NCBI GenBank assembly: GCA_963772725.1
Contig: CAVYYI010000001.1
Span: 1,056,001-1,120,000, forward strand
From: an uncultured Phycisphaerales bacterium
GTDB taxonomy: Bacteria > Planctomycetota > Phycisphaerae > Sedimentisphaerales > Anaerobacaceae
Length of the DNA: 64,000 bases
Direction of reading: 5' to 3'
The notes under the pieces were generated by a model. That model did no database searches and had not been told where the DNA came from. It was given only the letters and a program-made list of their open reading frames with translations. Position 1 is the stretch's first letter. Each line of letters begins with the position of its first letter. Of the stretch, positions 34,001 to 45,523 are shown in pieces. Position numbers and translations under genes: made by a program.

Positions 34001-35044
34001 CACGTATCCCCTTATCTTAAACCGCTTCTCAGTAAAATCTTTTCGTAAATCTGCCGTCAGGCTGGTAATTATTGAAGGTTCGCCAAAATAATATCCGCTC
34101 CTGGATGCCGCAAGATTTCCGCTCCATCCGTAAGGAACCTGCATTGTATAATAACCGCTCGAATTTGTAGTCGCCGAACCTGCTCCGCTTGCACTTATCA
34201 CAACACCTGATAAATACGAGCCTGAATAATTTTTGACATATCCATATATCGCAGGCCGAAAAGCCGCAAAGTTCTGGTTAACCTGGTCTGATATTACACT
34301 AATATAATCTTTTCCGGTAAAGCCGTATCCGGCTAAACTCGCCGATACCGTTCCACTCCAATCATAAGGAACAATAATTTCGTAAAAGCCGCTTGCGTTG
34401 GTTGTTGAACTTCCGCCGCCATTGGTGGAGGTTATTGAAACTCCGCTTAATACAGTGCCGTCGGACTTTTTCACGTAGCCGCTGATTTTGGGTTGATAGG
34501 GAGTGAAATTCTGGTCGGAGATATCCGCCGTAATATTGGAGAAGGTTCTGGGTGATTCGGGGAAGCTATAACCTGCCAGTGACGCTGTCAGTGTTCCGCT
34601 CCAGTTGTAAGGTACGGTAATACTGTAATAAAAGGATGAATCTGAAACGACGCTACCAACATCGCTTGCGGTGAGCGTTACGCCCTGGAGGCCGGTGTAA
34701 CCGGAAATTGTCGGCTGGAAAGCGGTGTAGTTTTGGCTGGTGAGATTATCGTGGGTATGGTAGTAACTTTGCGAAGTGGGAGTGATGAGCCAGCCGGTTT
34801 TTGCGGCGATTATTGTCCCTGTCCAGTTGTTCGGCACGGTTACCGTGTAAGAGCCGTCCGCACCGGTAATAGCCGAACCCGCCCCATTATCGCCGGTTAA
34901 GCTTACTCCCGCAACCCCTACACCGGCAGATGTTCTGACGAAACCTGATATTGTGAGGGTAGGCGGCGCCGCAAGAGTTGCAGATGTAAAAACCCCGCTC
35001 AATGTCCAAATTACGACAGCGAAAAACACCTTTTTCCCTGGCAT
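31070..35044 (-). CDS. Large secreted multidomain protein: beta-sandwich repeats, BACON-like domains, beta-helix, dockerin-like EF-hand pairs
   Basis: Signal peptide (start MPGKK after GAGGAG); about six ISG...Y..TVPYxWSGT repeats; three WL/ITP.SG modules; VPGDYATTQSAVNAA beta-helix start; four DxDxDG-like loops. Confidence 0.85.
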   Translation of the reverse strand: MPGKKVFFAVVIWTLSGVFTSATLAAPPTLTISGFVRTSAGVGVAGVSLTGDNGAGSAITGADGSYTVTVPNNWTGTIIAAKTGWLITPTSQSYYHTHDNLTSQNYTAFQPTISGYTGLQGVTLTASDVGSVVSDSSFYYSITVPYNWSGTLTASLAGYSFPESPRTFSNITADISDQNFTPYQPKISGYVKKSDGTVLSGVSITSTNGGGSSTTNASGFYEIIVPYDWSGTVSASLAGYGFTGKDYISVISDQVNQNFAAFRPAIYGYVKNYSGSYLSGVVISASGAGSATTNSSGYYTMQVPYGWSGNLAASRSGYYFGEPSIITSLTADLRKDFTEKRFKIRGYVLDKNGVGVSSVSINASGLSTVSTSSNGYYELTAVYGWSGTVTPAKTEYGFNPANRTYTNISADFNDQNYTAIKPAISGTVTNTGGVGIAGVTISAGAAGSTSTDPNGKYALTLPYNWSGTITPSKTGYGFNPASRTYTNITTDMNDENYIAKPTMDLNKTLFSFTANGKTGYVAPQNLTLSNSTHDAINWQIQMSVDCNWLSITPQSGTVTDSNSVVNISVDPNQANYGVNSCQLTVISPDTANSPQIVTVNLEVLRPKIGLSITGFNFISNGKTGSVAPKNLTITNTGYDTLNWQIQMPADGNWLSVTPQSGIVTDGNSVVTISVDPSKAKYGMNYCRFTINAPNAQNNPQTLFVFLRVYGPSLSVSPTSFTVYAPKDSNAIDKTFTITNTGYDTLHWSIDPIADYNWITSITPMSGQCEKNEINTVTFTINPAGLTGGTYSKIITIRSAETSQQSITVNLRVAKEIHVPGDYATTQSAVNAAANGDIIIIHPGKYAGFSASSKSLTIQSIEPENRAIVAATIIESEVTMKGVSGYETVINGLSFIYNPLLSRYYSGRGISLSSGDSTIKNCIIRNFPCLGIYLAGSYDNSNYSRIINCRVIHNGYGRDIVGNYSAGIYTALYGNMEIKNCLIANNFAGGVCIVGNSETDIFNCTISDNSSNNSVAYPSPSAAGIIIANGQFNPYPPYLDVTIKDSIIWNKSDSNISEVNIPPDYSQNVSLNIDCSALKGGLGAAAPNDCNIIWGLNNLESDPCFVRLGIYNDNNTVGNSSFLDDSWTTGDYHLKSQAGRWQENQLIYMDATGDGFMDMSDFAIIADEWQKTTEPQWVAQYGYYYQPYLRADLDRNGRVDYNDLMLFCVNYLEHYEQGRWVMDDVNSPCIDAGDPNSDWTRELWPHGQRVNMGAYGNTPQASFSLSAVGNKADLNNDGLVNLLDYAQIGCSPDDSYLPAAVDIDRDGVIDMNDLVIMCENWLWME

Positions 35045-35304
35045 CGTTAGCTCCTCACTACATTTTCGCACCTTCAATATTAGGCAGATTCCCATCGCCG
35101 CCTAAAAGTTTGTGCATTTTAACATAAAGAATTATTAGTAAGCAACAAAATTTTTTTGCTTTTTAAAGATTTCTAAATAATCCTGAGAAGACATGCCCAG
35201 TATCAGTGTTATCCATTTTTACCATTTAGGATGGATTCAACATGTTCACAACGTGTTTTAGAATAAATCGGCAGGGTGAGCCTCGCCCTACATTGCGGTG
35301 GTTT

Positions 35305-36243
35305 TTAGAGGAGGTTGTTACGATACCAGTTAATGGCGAAGGCCAGGCCGTCATGGAAAGATATGACGGGTTTAAAGCCAATAAGTTTTTTGGCTAAGCT
35401 GATATCGGCGAGGGAATGCTTGACGTCGCCTGCTCTTGAGGGTTCGTAGTTTGGCTTAACGTTGTTGCCGGTCAAATCGTTAATCATTCTGATGATTTCG
35501 TTGACTGTAACGGCTTCGCCGCAAGCGATATTTATGACCTCGCCCGCGGTGTGTTTGACTCTGGCGGCGAGGAGGTTAGCTTCGACGACGTTGTCGATAT
35601 AAGTGAAGTCGCGGCTTTGTTCGCCGTCACCGTAAATTGTGGGTGATTGGCCTTTCAATATGGAGGTGACAAAGGCGGGTATCGCGGCGGCGTACTGGCT
35701 TGTGGGGTCCTGATACGGGCCGAAAACATTGAAGTAACGCAGGGAAATTGTTTCAAGGCCGAAGACCTTGTAGAAAACGGAGCAGTAATATTCGCCGACG
35801 AGTTTGGCTACGGCGTATGGGGAAAGCGGGCTGGTCAGCATCGATTCTGTTTTAGGCAGAGTCGGGGTATCACCGTATGCGGAACTACTGGCGGCGTAGA
35901 CGAAGCGTTTTATTTTGGTGTCGCGGGCGGCCATAAGAAGGGTAAAAGTCGCATCGACGCAGTTTTTATGGGTAGCAACGGGGTTATCAACGCTTTTAGG
36001 CACGGAGGGCAGAGCGCCTTCGTGGAGAACAATGTCGATGCCCTTCATGGCTGAGCGGGCAACATCGGGGTCACCCATATCAGCCTGGATAAATTCGATT
36101 TTATTTATGATGTCATTAAGATTGCTTTTCTTGCCGGTTAGGAGGTTATCGAGAACGCGGACAAAACAGCCCTGCGCGACGAATTTTCTGCAGATATTCG
36201 AGCCTATGAATCCGGCACCGCCGGTTACCAGAAACTTTTCCAT
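35305..36243 (-). CDS. NAD-dependent nucleotide-sugar epimerase (extended SDR, WbpP-like)
   Basis: TGGAGFIGS, ASSS, YAVAK, LRYFNVFGP and GDGEQSRDFTY motifs. Confidence 0.92.
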   Translation of the reverse strand: MEKFLVTGGAGFIGSNICRKFVAQGCFVRVLDNLLTGKKSNLNDIINKIEFIQADMGDPDVARSAMKGIDIVLHEGALPSVPKSVDNPVATHKNCVDATFTLLMAARDTKIKRFVYAASSSAYGDTPTLPKTESMLTSPLSPYAVAKLVGEYYCSVFYKVFGLETISLRYFNVFGPYQDPTSQYAAAIPAFVTSILKGQSPTIYGDGEQSRDFTYIDNVVEANLLAARVKHTAGEVINIACGEAVTVNEIIRMINDLTGNNVKPNYEPSRAGDVKHSLADISLAKKLIGFKPVISFHDGLAFAINWYRNNLL

Positions 36244-36448
36244 AAATTCGCCTTTCATAAAAAGTTCAAAAATCAAAGTTTAAAATGCAAAATCGTGGAA
36301 TCCCGACTTCGCCGAGATGCTATTTCTATTATTATAGCCGATATCATAAGTTTTAACTTGTTCTAAAGAAATTATGGATTCCCGCTTTCGCTGGATAACG
36401 GCAACGGGCAATCGGCTTTTATTAACCGCGATTGATATTATATTGCGG

Positions 36449-38701
36449 TTAGGTCGGATTTGCAAGCTGAAGCTCACGATATTTCTGGTAAGACTTAAAT
36501 TGCTCATCGAAGTAGCCGCCTTTCATGGCCTTGACGGCAAACAAAACACAACCGAATAACGTCGCGTTTACCTCTCTGAATTCACGAATTGTCCGCATCG
36601 CGGCACCTCTGTGGGTGCTGTCAGCATTAAATACGAGGAGCGTGCCATCGACGTGCCTGGCGAGAGGTTTAACTGCGCTGACAAGCAAAGCCGGCGGACC
36701 ATCAATTATAATATAATCATAATTCTCCCGCTGACGACTAATCAACTGCTCCATGCGGACGCCGCTAAGTAATTCGGTGGGATCGGAAGGCAGCAGACCT
36801 GAATCAATCACATCGAAGCCGTCTATGCCTGTTGAGCGTATAGCCTCCTGGTAACCGCCTAAGCCCGTTAATAAAGTACTCAGCCCAAACTCAGACTGTT
36901 CGTACTGGCCGTTCTGTTCCTGCTGACCATTGGAATTAGGAAATACTTTATGCAATTTCGGTCTCCAGAAATTGGCGTCTATAATCAAAATCTTTTTACC
37001 TTCGCCAATAAGGGCACAGGCAAGATTGACCGCGACGGCAGTCTTGCCTTCGCCGGCATTGCCGCTGCTTACCAGCAACACTTTTGAATTTTCAGAAGAG
37101 ACGGAAAGTTTAAGGTTACTCTTAAGCCGCCGATACGACTCGCTTATGATTGAATAAGGAGATTGAAGCACAATACGGCAAAGGTCGGCATTATTGGTGA
37201 GACTATCATCTTCATCGGCATCAGGAATAATTCCCAAAAGTGGAATCTGCAAAAATCTGATAACGTCCCTTGGGGTTCTCACTTTATCATTGAGTAATTC
37301 CACAAGAAAAGCCAGTCCTACGCCGAGCATTAAGCCCAAAAACGTACCGCCTGGAAAATAAGTGTACCATAATGGAGAACTCATTTTAAGCGGTTCCGGC
37401 GCACGTGTTACTCTATGCACCTTGGGTGTGTCCGGGTCGTCGAGCATTATTCTCCATTTTGTGATATCATTTCTAAGGTCATCAAGCCTGGATTTTATTG
37501 CATCCCTGATTGCCGCCTGACGCTCATAAGCTGCGCGAGCCAAATCGAGGTCCTGTTTTTTGGCCGCTGCATCGTCTATTAATTTTTGTAAATCCTCAAG
37601 ATTTTGCTGCTGAACAATCAACGCATCCTGAGTATTTTTAAGATTGGCCTGCCGTGTCTGGTTGGCAATATCAGTCTGCCTGGCCTCTCTTTTGGCTTTT
37701 GTCTCGTTTATCATTTCCTGCATTCTGCGTACTTCCCTGTGAGTTTCGCCAAATCGCGTCAACAGACCAGCAAGTGTAGTCTCCTGCGTGGCAAGCTGCT
37801 GAGTAAGCATTATCATTGTTGGGTCAGTCTCTACAGCATTCTCAATTTGTGCGTCAATCGGGCTGTCAACCTGCTGCTGAAGAATTTTTACATTCGTCTC
37901 AACACGATTTTTTTCCTGAATACGCTGATTTTGCTCCAATTGGAGACTGGAAAGTTTTATTTCCACTTCCTGCTGGAAGCCGTGCTCCTTGAGGTCAGTA
38001 AATTTCGTCTGTTTGCGAATATCATCAATAACATTTTCGGCAGCCAGCAGGTCTTGTTGAATTTTGGCCTCCTCATCACTAAGCCCTTTAAGCTTGTTTT
38101 GAATATCAGCCTTTGTACTAGCTCCCTGTGTATTAACAAACAAATCTATCATTTCGTTCACTATAAGAGCCGATTCCTCGGGACTCCCGCACGTCATTGA
38201 TACAACAATAAAATCGCCGTCCCTCAAAGGATTGGCATGAAAATTCTGTGCTAAATCTTCAACAGCAGCCTTAATACATTCGTCAATATTATTTGGATCG
38301 GCAAAACTTTTGAACCATTTTGTTCTCTTGATTGTGTCTACATTAACCAAGTCTCTAAGGTTACCCTGTCCAGTCATAAGTGACGCCATGGATACGCGAT
38401 AACCATATTGGATTTCTTTGGATGATTCACTACCTCCAATAATTGTAGGGTCTTTGGCGGTAGGAGATGTAACCCTCACATACGTTGCTGCCGTATATTT
38501 GGGGGCATATTTCCTTAAAAGATACCAGCTTATCCCGCCAATTAGAAGACCTAATATAGTAAGAGAAACCATCATAAATATGTGTCGGCGCAAGATTCCA
38601 ACAATATCTTTGGGGGTCAGCGCATTCAGTGAAGATGACACGTGACCGTTCGGTGTTGCCGTTCTCACCTGCGGTATTTGTAATTGTTTCTGTTCTGCCA
38701 T
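36449..38701 (-). CDS. Wzc-like polysaccharide co-polymerase / BY-kinase
   Basis: Two TMs around a coiled-coil periplasmic region; ESYRRLK, Walker A GEGKT, IIIDGPP and a C-terminal Tyr cluster. Confidence 0.9.
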   Translation of the reverse strand: MAEQKQLQIPQVRTATPNGHVSSSLNALTPKDIVGILRRHIFMMVSLTILGLLIGGISWYLLRKYAPKYTAATYVRVTSPTAKDPTIIGGSESSKEIQYGYRVSMASLMTGQGNLRDLVNVDTIKRTKWFKSFADPNNIDECIKAAVEDLAQNFHANPLRDGDFIVVSMTCGSPEESALIVNEMIDLFVNTQGASTKADIQNKLKGLSDEEAKIQQDLLAAENVIDDIRKQTKFTDLKEHGFQQEVEIKLSSLQLEQNQRIQEKNRVETNVKILQQQVDSPIDAQIENAVETDPTMIMLTQQLATQETTLAGLLTRFGETHREVRRMQEMINETKAKREARQTDIANQTRQANLKNTQDALIVQQQNLEDLQKLIDDAAAKKQDLDLARAAYERQAAIRDAIKSRLDDLRNDITKWRIMLDDPDTPKVHRVTRAPEPLKMSSPLWYTYFPGGTFLGLMLGVGLAFLVELLNDKVRTPRDVIRFLQIPLLGIIPDADEDDSLTNNADLCRIVLQSPYSIISESYRRLKSNLKLSVSSENSKVLLVSSGNAGEGKTAVAVNLACALIGEGKKILIIDANFWRPKLHKVFPNSNGQQEQNGQYEQSEFGLSTLLTGLGGYQEAIRSTGIDGFDVIDSGLLPSDPTELLSGVRMEQLISRQRENYDYIIIDGPPALLVSAVKPLARHVDGTLLVFNADSTHRGAAMRTIREFREVNATLFGCVLFAVKAMKGGYFDEQFKSYQKYRELQLANPT

Positions 38702-38725
38702 AACTTAACCAAGCGTTAAAGAAAA

Positions 38726-41700
38726 TTAATTTTTCGACACACGTTCTATCGCCTTATTCAATCGCTCGCTGCTTAATTTAGGAGCCGACTTATTTCCACT
38801 CAACAACTCCGCAGCTTTCTTATATGCCGCCAAAGCGCCTGCCTTATCTTGAAGTTTTTCTTTTATCATTCCCAAATGCTCATACACATCAGACGGCACA
38901 GCTATTTTCCTCGCCTCGAATTGCTTAAGCGATGAAATCGCGGCGATCTGCGCCTCCTCATATTTATTGTTCCTGTACATCGCATAAGCATAAGTATCCA
39001 AAAAACCCGGATTATTCGGGTTCGCATCACAAGCCTGTTTGGCATATTTAAGGGCATCGCCGAACCTTTCATTACTTTCAAGCAGCACATACGCGAGATT
39101 ATTCATCACATTAAAGTTATTCGGCATTTCTGACAACAGACTTTCGTATTCTTCGACAGCTTTCTTAAGGTAACTATTATCGGCCCTTGCATTGTATGCC
39201 ATCTGAAAAGCGCCGGTTTTCAGCATAATACATTCAAGACGCAACGGATTATTAGGCTCTAACGGTTTAATACATTTATCGATATATTCAATTGCCTTAT
39301 CATGTTCTTCATTTAATTTTGCGAGATTAAACATTGTATAATTGGCTGAATATGAATTTGGATTCTGCTGGAGCTTTTCGGTACAAACTTTTTTGATCTC
39401 CTCAGCTCCCAATATAAAGAAAACCTGTTTCAAAACGTTAGCCAGATAAGTCTCGTTATTTTCCGCTTTATCAATGGCTTTCCTGCAATACTGGACAGCG
39501 GACTCCTTGTCTCCGAGTCTTGACTTCGCCTCGGCCATCCACAAGAAAGCAATCGGAGCAAAATCGCCATTTACATATTTTCCGGCTTCTTCAATAACTT
39601 TATCGGGCTTGCCCTCCATCATAATAGCCTGCAGATATCCGTCAAAAGCGCCAATATTTTCGTCTCTATTATTGCTGGTTTTATTCATAGCGATCTTGTA
39701 CAATTTCTCGGCTTTTTCATATTCTTTTCCCGATAATGCAAATGCAGCGGCGCTACTATACCAGTACGGCATGTCGGGATATTTACCGATTGCTTCCATA
39801 TACAATTCTTCCAATGCCTTTTTCTTTCCGAGTCTCTGATAAGTCTGCTCAAGAAGACGGTAGCTTTCCATGGCAACTCCCTGGTAGTCAACAATACTCT
39901 TAAGCTCGATTATCGCATCGTCTTCGCGCCCTTCGTTTAAATAAGCCTTTGCCAGCGAAAGCCTGGTAAGAGGCTCATCTGTGATAGATTTGCTTTTTCC
40001 AAAGTCGATTATGGCCTGCTTATATTCTCCATTGAGGCTGTTTATTTCTCCTCTCAGCCGCCATGCAACAGCATTACTCTGATTCACCTCAAGACTTTGA
40101 TTAACCAGCTTCATCGCCTCATTCAGCCTGCCTTTTTCTATGGCAAGCCACGCCTCATAAAGTGATAGCCTGGGTTCATTTTTATATTTTTCTCTGAGAC
40201 TCTGCAATTTGGGTTCAACTTCCCTGACAAGACCAAGTCTCAAATACGTTTCGATTTGCAGAAGATGGTTTTCTATGCTATCTTCGATCAATAACAGCTC
40301 TTCCGAATATTTCTTTACTGCCTCTCTGTCTTCCATCATCGTTGATACACGAATAAGGCCGGTAACAACATCTTTGTCGCGGGGCTTTGTTTTATAAACA
40401 CCGTCAAGTATGGCTTTTGCCTCATTTAGTCTCCCTGTGCGAATGTAGTATCTCCATAATAACTTTGGGTCTGATTCTCCAAGTAATTTTTCCGCTTTTT
40501 CATCCTGTCCCGTCTCTCGGTAGTACTCGGCATAAATGCTTAATACGGTGTTATTCTGAGGGTCTATACTTTGGGCCTGCTTAAATGATGATTCTGCGAT
40601 TTCCAGCAGGGCCTTTCGCCTGGCCTGGTCGCTTTTTTCCTGCCCTGCCATTCGCATCGCCATTCTGCCAAGTAACAACGCGTTATCCAAACTCGGGACT
40701 GCCTTTTGCAAACTCTGCCTGATAGCCAGAGCAGAATTCGCATCCGTTTCGCTTATATATTCCGCATAAACACTTTGAAGCTGCAAATCCGCCGGGTTCA
40801 GCCGTATCGCATTTATCAAAGCGCTTTTTACCTCTCCAAGCTGTACGGGGGTAACAATCTTTCCGAGCTTTACATTACGCTGATAAATAGTATTTGCGAA
40901 CGCTTTGGCGATAGCTCCATCAAGAGGATTAAGCGAAGCGGCCTTCATGGCATCATCGGCGGCCATCTTGTCATTTCCAAGTGCAGAATTGATGGTACTT
41001 CTAAGCAGCATAGCGTATGAAAAAACCGGCCGCATTTTCAAACACTCCTCAACCTCTGCCAATGCATTGTTATATTCCTGTTTTTCCGTATCGAGGCGAG
41101 CAGAGAAAAACTTACCTTCGCATTCGTCAACATTTGCAACTTGCGCAACATTTACGATCTGCTCGGCAAGACCCCAGTCTTTGTTTCTGATAGCTATATC
41201 AAAAAGGCGGCTCAGCGACACCTGCTGAGAATCAGTCATATTTGCATCCTTTTTCCCGACAAATAAAGGCTCGACAACCTTTTTGAACTCTTCCGCCGCC
41301 AGATTAGGTTCATTATTTTTCTGATAAAACAAACCAAACCCCACGGCGCGGCGTTCGGGGTCTTTTATATTAGACATTACTTCCTTTTCTATTTGTCTGA
41401 CTCTTTCCTGAGAGACATTGCCGGGGTCAGGTTCAGAAAGCAGGCTCTTATAAAAAGCAATCGTTGAATTGTTGGGGAAACGCTCCAAACATCGCTCTAT
41501 TAAATCCTTTGCCTTGGCGATATTCTTTTCCGCCACGTAATTATTACAGACAGAAACAATAGAGGATTCCTCAACTGAATTGGGTTCTGTCGCCAGAAGT
41601 TTTATTACTAATTCAGTCCAGGCATTCCTGTAATTTTTTACTTCCTTCTGCATTTGTTGAATGGAGTTTTCTGACTCAGTATCTTTCACCCCTTTGGGTA

Positions 41701-43617
41701 ATACAGCATCCAAATTCATCTGAGCCAGTTTCTGGTTTACGGTCGATTGTATCTGTTCAATATGAGCCTGAATCAGGGAAATCTTCAGTTTAATAACGTT
41801 TGAATCTTCAGTGCTAAAAATTTTACTTTTGGTCAATTCCGCTTCAGCTTTATCGAACTGTCCTGAGGCTATATACGCCTTAACGCGCAGAATTAGGCTT
41901 CTATCATTGGACCAATATTCATTTTCAAAATAGTTCGTTAGTGCCAGTGCCTCATTACCATATTTTAACTTCAATAAAACATCTGCGCAATCCAGAAGTG
42001 ATTCCGGTTTGGCGTCATCAATTTTGTCAACCGCAGTTCTATCCGATAAGCTTAGTGCGTTTCCAAAGAATTCCAACGCCGCCCCAAGTTCATCCGTATT
42101 TGCGAAGATTTTACCAAGAAAATAGGAAAGCTGTGGGTCTCGCTGGTCGGCTGATTTCATACGTTCATAGATTAAATAGAGTTTTCTGACGGCACCACTT
42201 GTATTGCCTTTCGCAAGGTCGAGCATCCCACGCCATTTTATGACACGCGGGTCTTCATTCGTACCTGACATCTGCTCTATTTCATGTACATACTGCTCTC
42301 CATCTGCGAGCAGCTTCTGCATTTCTGATTCTGTCTTATTCCCCGCGAAATTAAGCTCAATCGTCCTTTCTATGCAGCAGTTGGCAAGGAAGGTATATAA
42401 AACCGCTCTATTAAACCTGTTCACGTAATAATAAGGACCAGGTTTGTCCTGGGCTTCCGGCAGCAAAAGAACGCTTTTCGCAAGTTCTACTGCTTTATCA
42501 AAATCCGTTTGACGCCCATAAATTGAAAACCTCCGATAGTATAAACTCGCCGCATTCACGATAGATGCAATATTATTCTTGTCCAGTTCAATCGCCTTTT
42601 CAATAGCCTTTATCGCCTCATCAAGATTTTTATGCCCAAGTCTCTGATAAAATGTTGATAATGCCGCGTAAGCCAAAACGCTTGTATCAAATTTTTTAGT
42701 AAGCGCCAGGTACTCGGGCTCAAGAGTTTTCAGCTGGGCCTGTGTAGCCATCTCTGCAAATACAGGCTTCATCACCAAAAGATTGATATGCGCTTTTACA
42801 TCTGTATCCGCCGCTTTTACCGCGTCTTCCAGAAATTCCTTTGCCTGCAGCCTGTTTTTCTTTTTCCCATCAAAATCGCCTTTAGAAGATAATATTTCAC
42901 CTTTTGTGATAAATGCCTGCGATAAATACCAATATGCGTTTGTATTGCCAGGTTCAATTTCCCGTACCTTTTTCAAATTATCTATAGCCGTATCAAGCGC
43001 TTCTTCACGGTTATTAACCCCACCACCCCTTGCCATCTCGAATGCAGCTTTACCCTTAAGCATGTATAGATACGAATCTATCCGTTTACAATTGTTCTCT
43101 TCGCGTGTTTCAAAAGATTCCCATTTGGCGGTAGGCTCTGAAAGTATATTCGCATCGGCCAATTCTAAAAACTTGGTTGCCTGTGACTCAACTTCTTTCC
43201 AGTAACCGCTTGCTCCATTATCAGCCATTATATTAATGTATCGCAGTATGGCGTAACGGGCTTTGAAGCTTTTAGGGCCTATCCGAACTATTTCGTCCCA
43301 GCATCCAAGAACATTCTGCCACTTTTCAATCTTTTGATAAATATCAGAAAGCTTATAAAGAACCTCTATCTTGCGAGAATCCGTTTTTAATCTGGCGCCG
43401 CCCTGAGATAGTTAAGAGCTGCCTTTTCATATTCTTCTTTTTTCACCTGCTGGTCTGTTGCCTTATCGGCCATTGCTACAGCCGCATCACCATCTGCAAT
43501 AAATTTTTCAGGGTCCCGACTCAAACGCAAAACAACCAGAATAGCGCCCAGTAATAAAACCGCTAAAACCGAGGCTCCAAGCAATGCAACTTTCTTGTTC
43601 AATCTCTTTTTTGCCAT
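38726..43617 (-). CDS. Giant membrane-anchored TPR protein of about 1630 aa (frameshift near 43390)
   Basis: N-terminal anchor MAKKRLNKKVALLG (43387-43617) joins the long TPR-rich ORF, which includes NNLAYVL...FLDTYAYA. Confidence 0.85.
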
Positions 43618-43656
43618 AATTCAGTCCTGTTACATTAAATAAAAATTTTCGTTAAA

Positions 43657-44520
43657 TCACATTTTCTTGAGTTCGGGCCAATATTCTTTTTCTAAAATCG
43701 GTAAAATTACACTTAGTAATTTCCCACTTGCCTTAACCGCTTCTTCCTTTTTGGGATAAATTGCCGCGCCAAAAGCGGTAGTATTAAAAAACTTCCATTC
43801 AACTTTGGAGAAATACGAATATTTGCCAAAAATGTTTTCATTTAAAATCCTTCTTACCTCTTCTCTGCCATTGGCATAACTGCCATTGACGCTGAAAAAG
43901 TATAGAATCGGAAATGCGGAATCTTCGCCAAATTGCAGTCCATCCCTGTTTTTTATGCCGAAAGCAATGTATTTTGCCGGAATTTCGCGATTAGCTACCA
44001 TCACATTTTCCCCCGCCGCGTTTACAGCGTTATTATCCTGTACCTCTAACGTGACTTTTTCGGGACTAAGATTCCTACGGAAATGTTGTTGGTCGTTAGA
44101 TATCTCTAAAGTTATGCCTTCTGAACCAAGGTTTTGATAGCCGCCGCCGGTATAACATTCTTCAGGCACATGAGGCACCCTGTCAGGCAGTCCATAATAC
44201 GTGATAAACAATAAGCACTTGCGAACCGGGCTGTCAACGGGGGTATTAGTATCCTCCAAAACCCATTGAATATAATCTCTTGTGCCGAGCTTTTGGAGAA
44301 TCTCCTCATTTTCAATTTTATCTTTCGCGACCACTCGATAAGGTCCCAAATCATTTTTATCAAGAAGGTCTAAAGATCTCTTCAGCAACACCGGCTCTTT
44401 TTTAAGGAACACTTTGAATTTCTCTACTATAACAGACATAGTTATTCCCGAGACAGCCAGAACCACAGTGCATATCAGAAAAGCTCCATCTTTTTTTATG
44501 TATTGTGTTATATCTCTCAT
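43657..44520 (-). CDS. EpsI-like exosortase-associated periplasmic protein
   Basis: N-terminal TM; LFITYY...PHVPEECYTGGG resembles the EpsI H-x-P-x-x-C motif; overlaps the exosortase stop. Confidence 0.75.
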   Translation of the reverse strand: MRDITQYIKKDGAFLICTVVLAVSGITMSVIVEKFKVFLKKEPVLLKRSLDLLDKNDLGPYRVVAKDKIENEEILQKLGTRDYIQWVLEDTNTPVDSPVRKCLLFITYYGLPDRVPHVPEECYTGGGYQNLGSEGITLEISNDQQHFRRNLSPEKVTLEVQDNNAVNAAGENVMVANREIPAKYIAFGIKNRDGLQFGEDSAFPILYFFSVNGSYANGREEVRRILNENIFGKYSYFSKVEWKFFNTTAFGAAIYPKKEEAVKASGKLLSVILPILEKEYWPELKKM

Positions 44521-45500
44521 ATATTACGTTTACGAACTATAACATCTTCACGCCTTATCGCGACATGTTCTTCTACAAACAGGCTTGACATAAACCACGC
44601 AAAAGCCCAATACAAAGCGAACGCCAGAGGCAGCATCAGCAGCCCGAGCATATCGTGATAAAATCCCTGGGCATACTCAGGGCCTATCACAACATAAATA
44701 AACCCTGTAATGGTAACTCGCACAATATTACACAATATGGCAATAGGTATTGTGCTTATAAGCAGCGCAATTCGCTGCCATATCGGCCTTTTATGCAAAT
44801 ACGCCATCGCCACACCAAGAGCCAGAAAAGCCATAAGCAGCCGCATACCGCTGCACGCTTCTGCCACATCAAGACCGGGTTCAAGTCTGTGTCCCTTGTA
44901 AACTACATCTATAACAGCGCCTGAAGCCGTGGCGTCCAGACCGTTGACAAGGTTTAGTAAGAAGGCAGCGGCCTGGGCCGCAAGAAACCGCATAGGCATA
45001 GTTGCAGCTACAAAAATTCTCTGTGGCAGCGGCACGGCGAAAACCAGAAATGCCACTGGAAGCCATGCGTACTTTAGCAATCGCCATCCGCCCAGAAACA
45101 GTATAACCGCCCCCAGTGTCGCTATCATTCCAATAGGCCTTAGATAACCATACTGAAAATGTACTACATTTAGCGGATAAAAGATAATTCCGCAAAGCAT
45201 AAAAAACAGTCCGAGATAGTTTGGTTTGAATTCGGTGTTTTCGACCGAATTGAGGATTTCTGTTTTGTGCTGATTAATAAAATAAAGACTGAAAAGCGGA
45301 ATCAGCCAGCCGTGAGACCAACTGCTGTCTTCTATCCAGCTGTGGACAATATCCTGGATTTCTCTGTGAAAAAGATAACAAAATAATACCCCGATTATCA
45401 GAATTTTTGCGTACCGATACCACCCCAGCTCTCGCCAGCTCTTTTGCTCCGTACCTGCTTTGTACGTTTCTTTGACAGAAGAGGCTACATTTTCAGCCAT
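44517..45500 (-). CDS. Exosortase (EpsH family)
   Basis: SHGWLIP, FAVPLP, catalytic VAEACSG (Cys), NIVRV (Arg) and FYHD (His); multi-TM. Confidence 0.92.
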   Translation of the reverse strand: MAENVASSVKETYKAGTEQKSWRELGWYRYAKILIIGVLFCYLFHREIQDIVHSWIEDSSWSHGWLIPLFSLYFINQHKTEILNSVENTEFKPNYLGLFFMLCGIIFYPLNVVHFQYGYLRPIGMIATLGAVILFLGGWRLLKYAWLPVAFLVFAVPLPQRIFVAATMPMRFLAAQAAAFLLNLVNGLDATASGAVIDVVYKGHRLEPGLDVAEACSGMRLLMAFLALGVAMAYLHKRPIWQRIALLISTIPIAILCNIVRVTITGFIYVVIGPEYAQGFYHDMLGLLMLPLAFALYWAFAWFMSSLFVEEHVAIRREDVIVRKRNI

Positions 45501-45523
45501 AATAAATCTCGACCTACGCAGAA

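Noticed and set aside
22170..43617. Frameshifts in clpB, tatC and the TPR gene as true pseudogenes or recoding sites
   Set aside because: They are single-base indels in otherwise well-conserved genes, consistent with consensus error; reads are needed to confirm.
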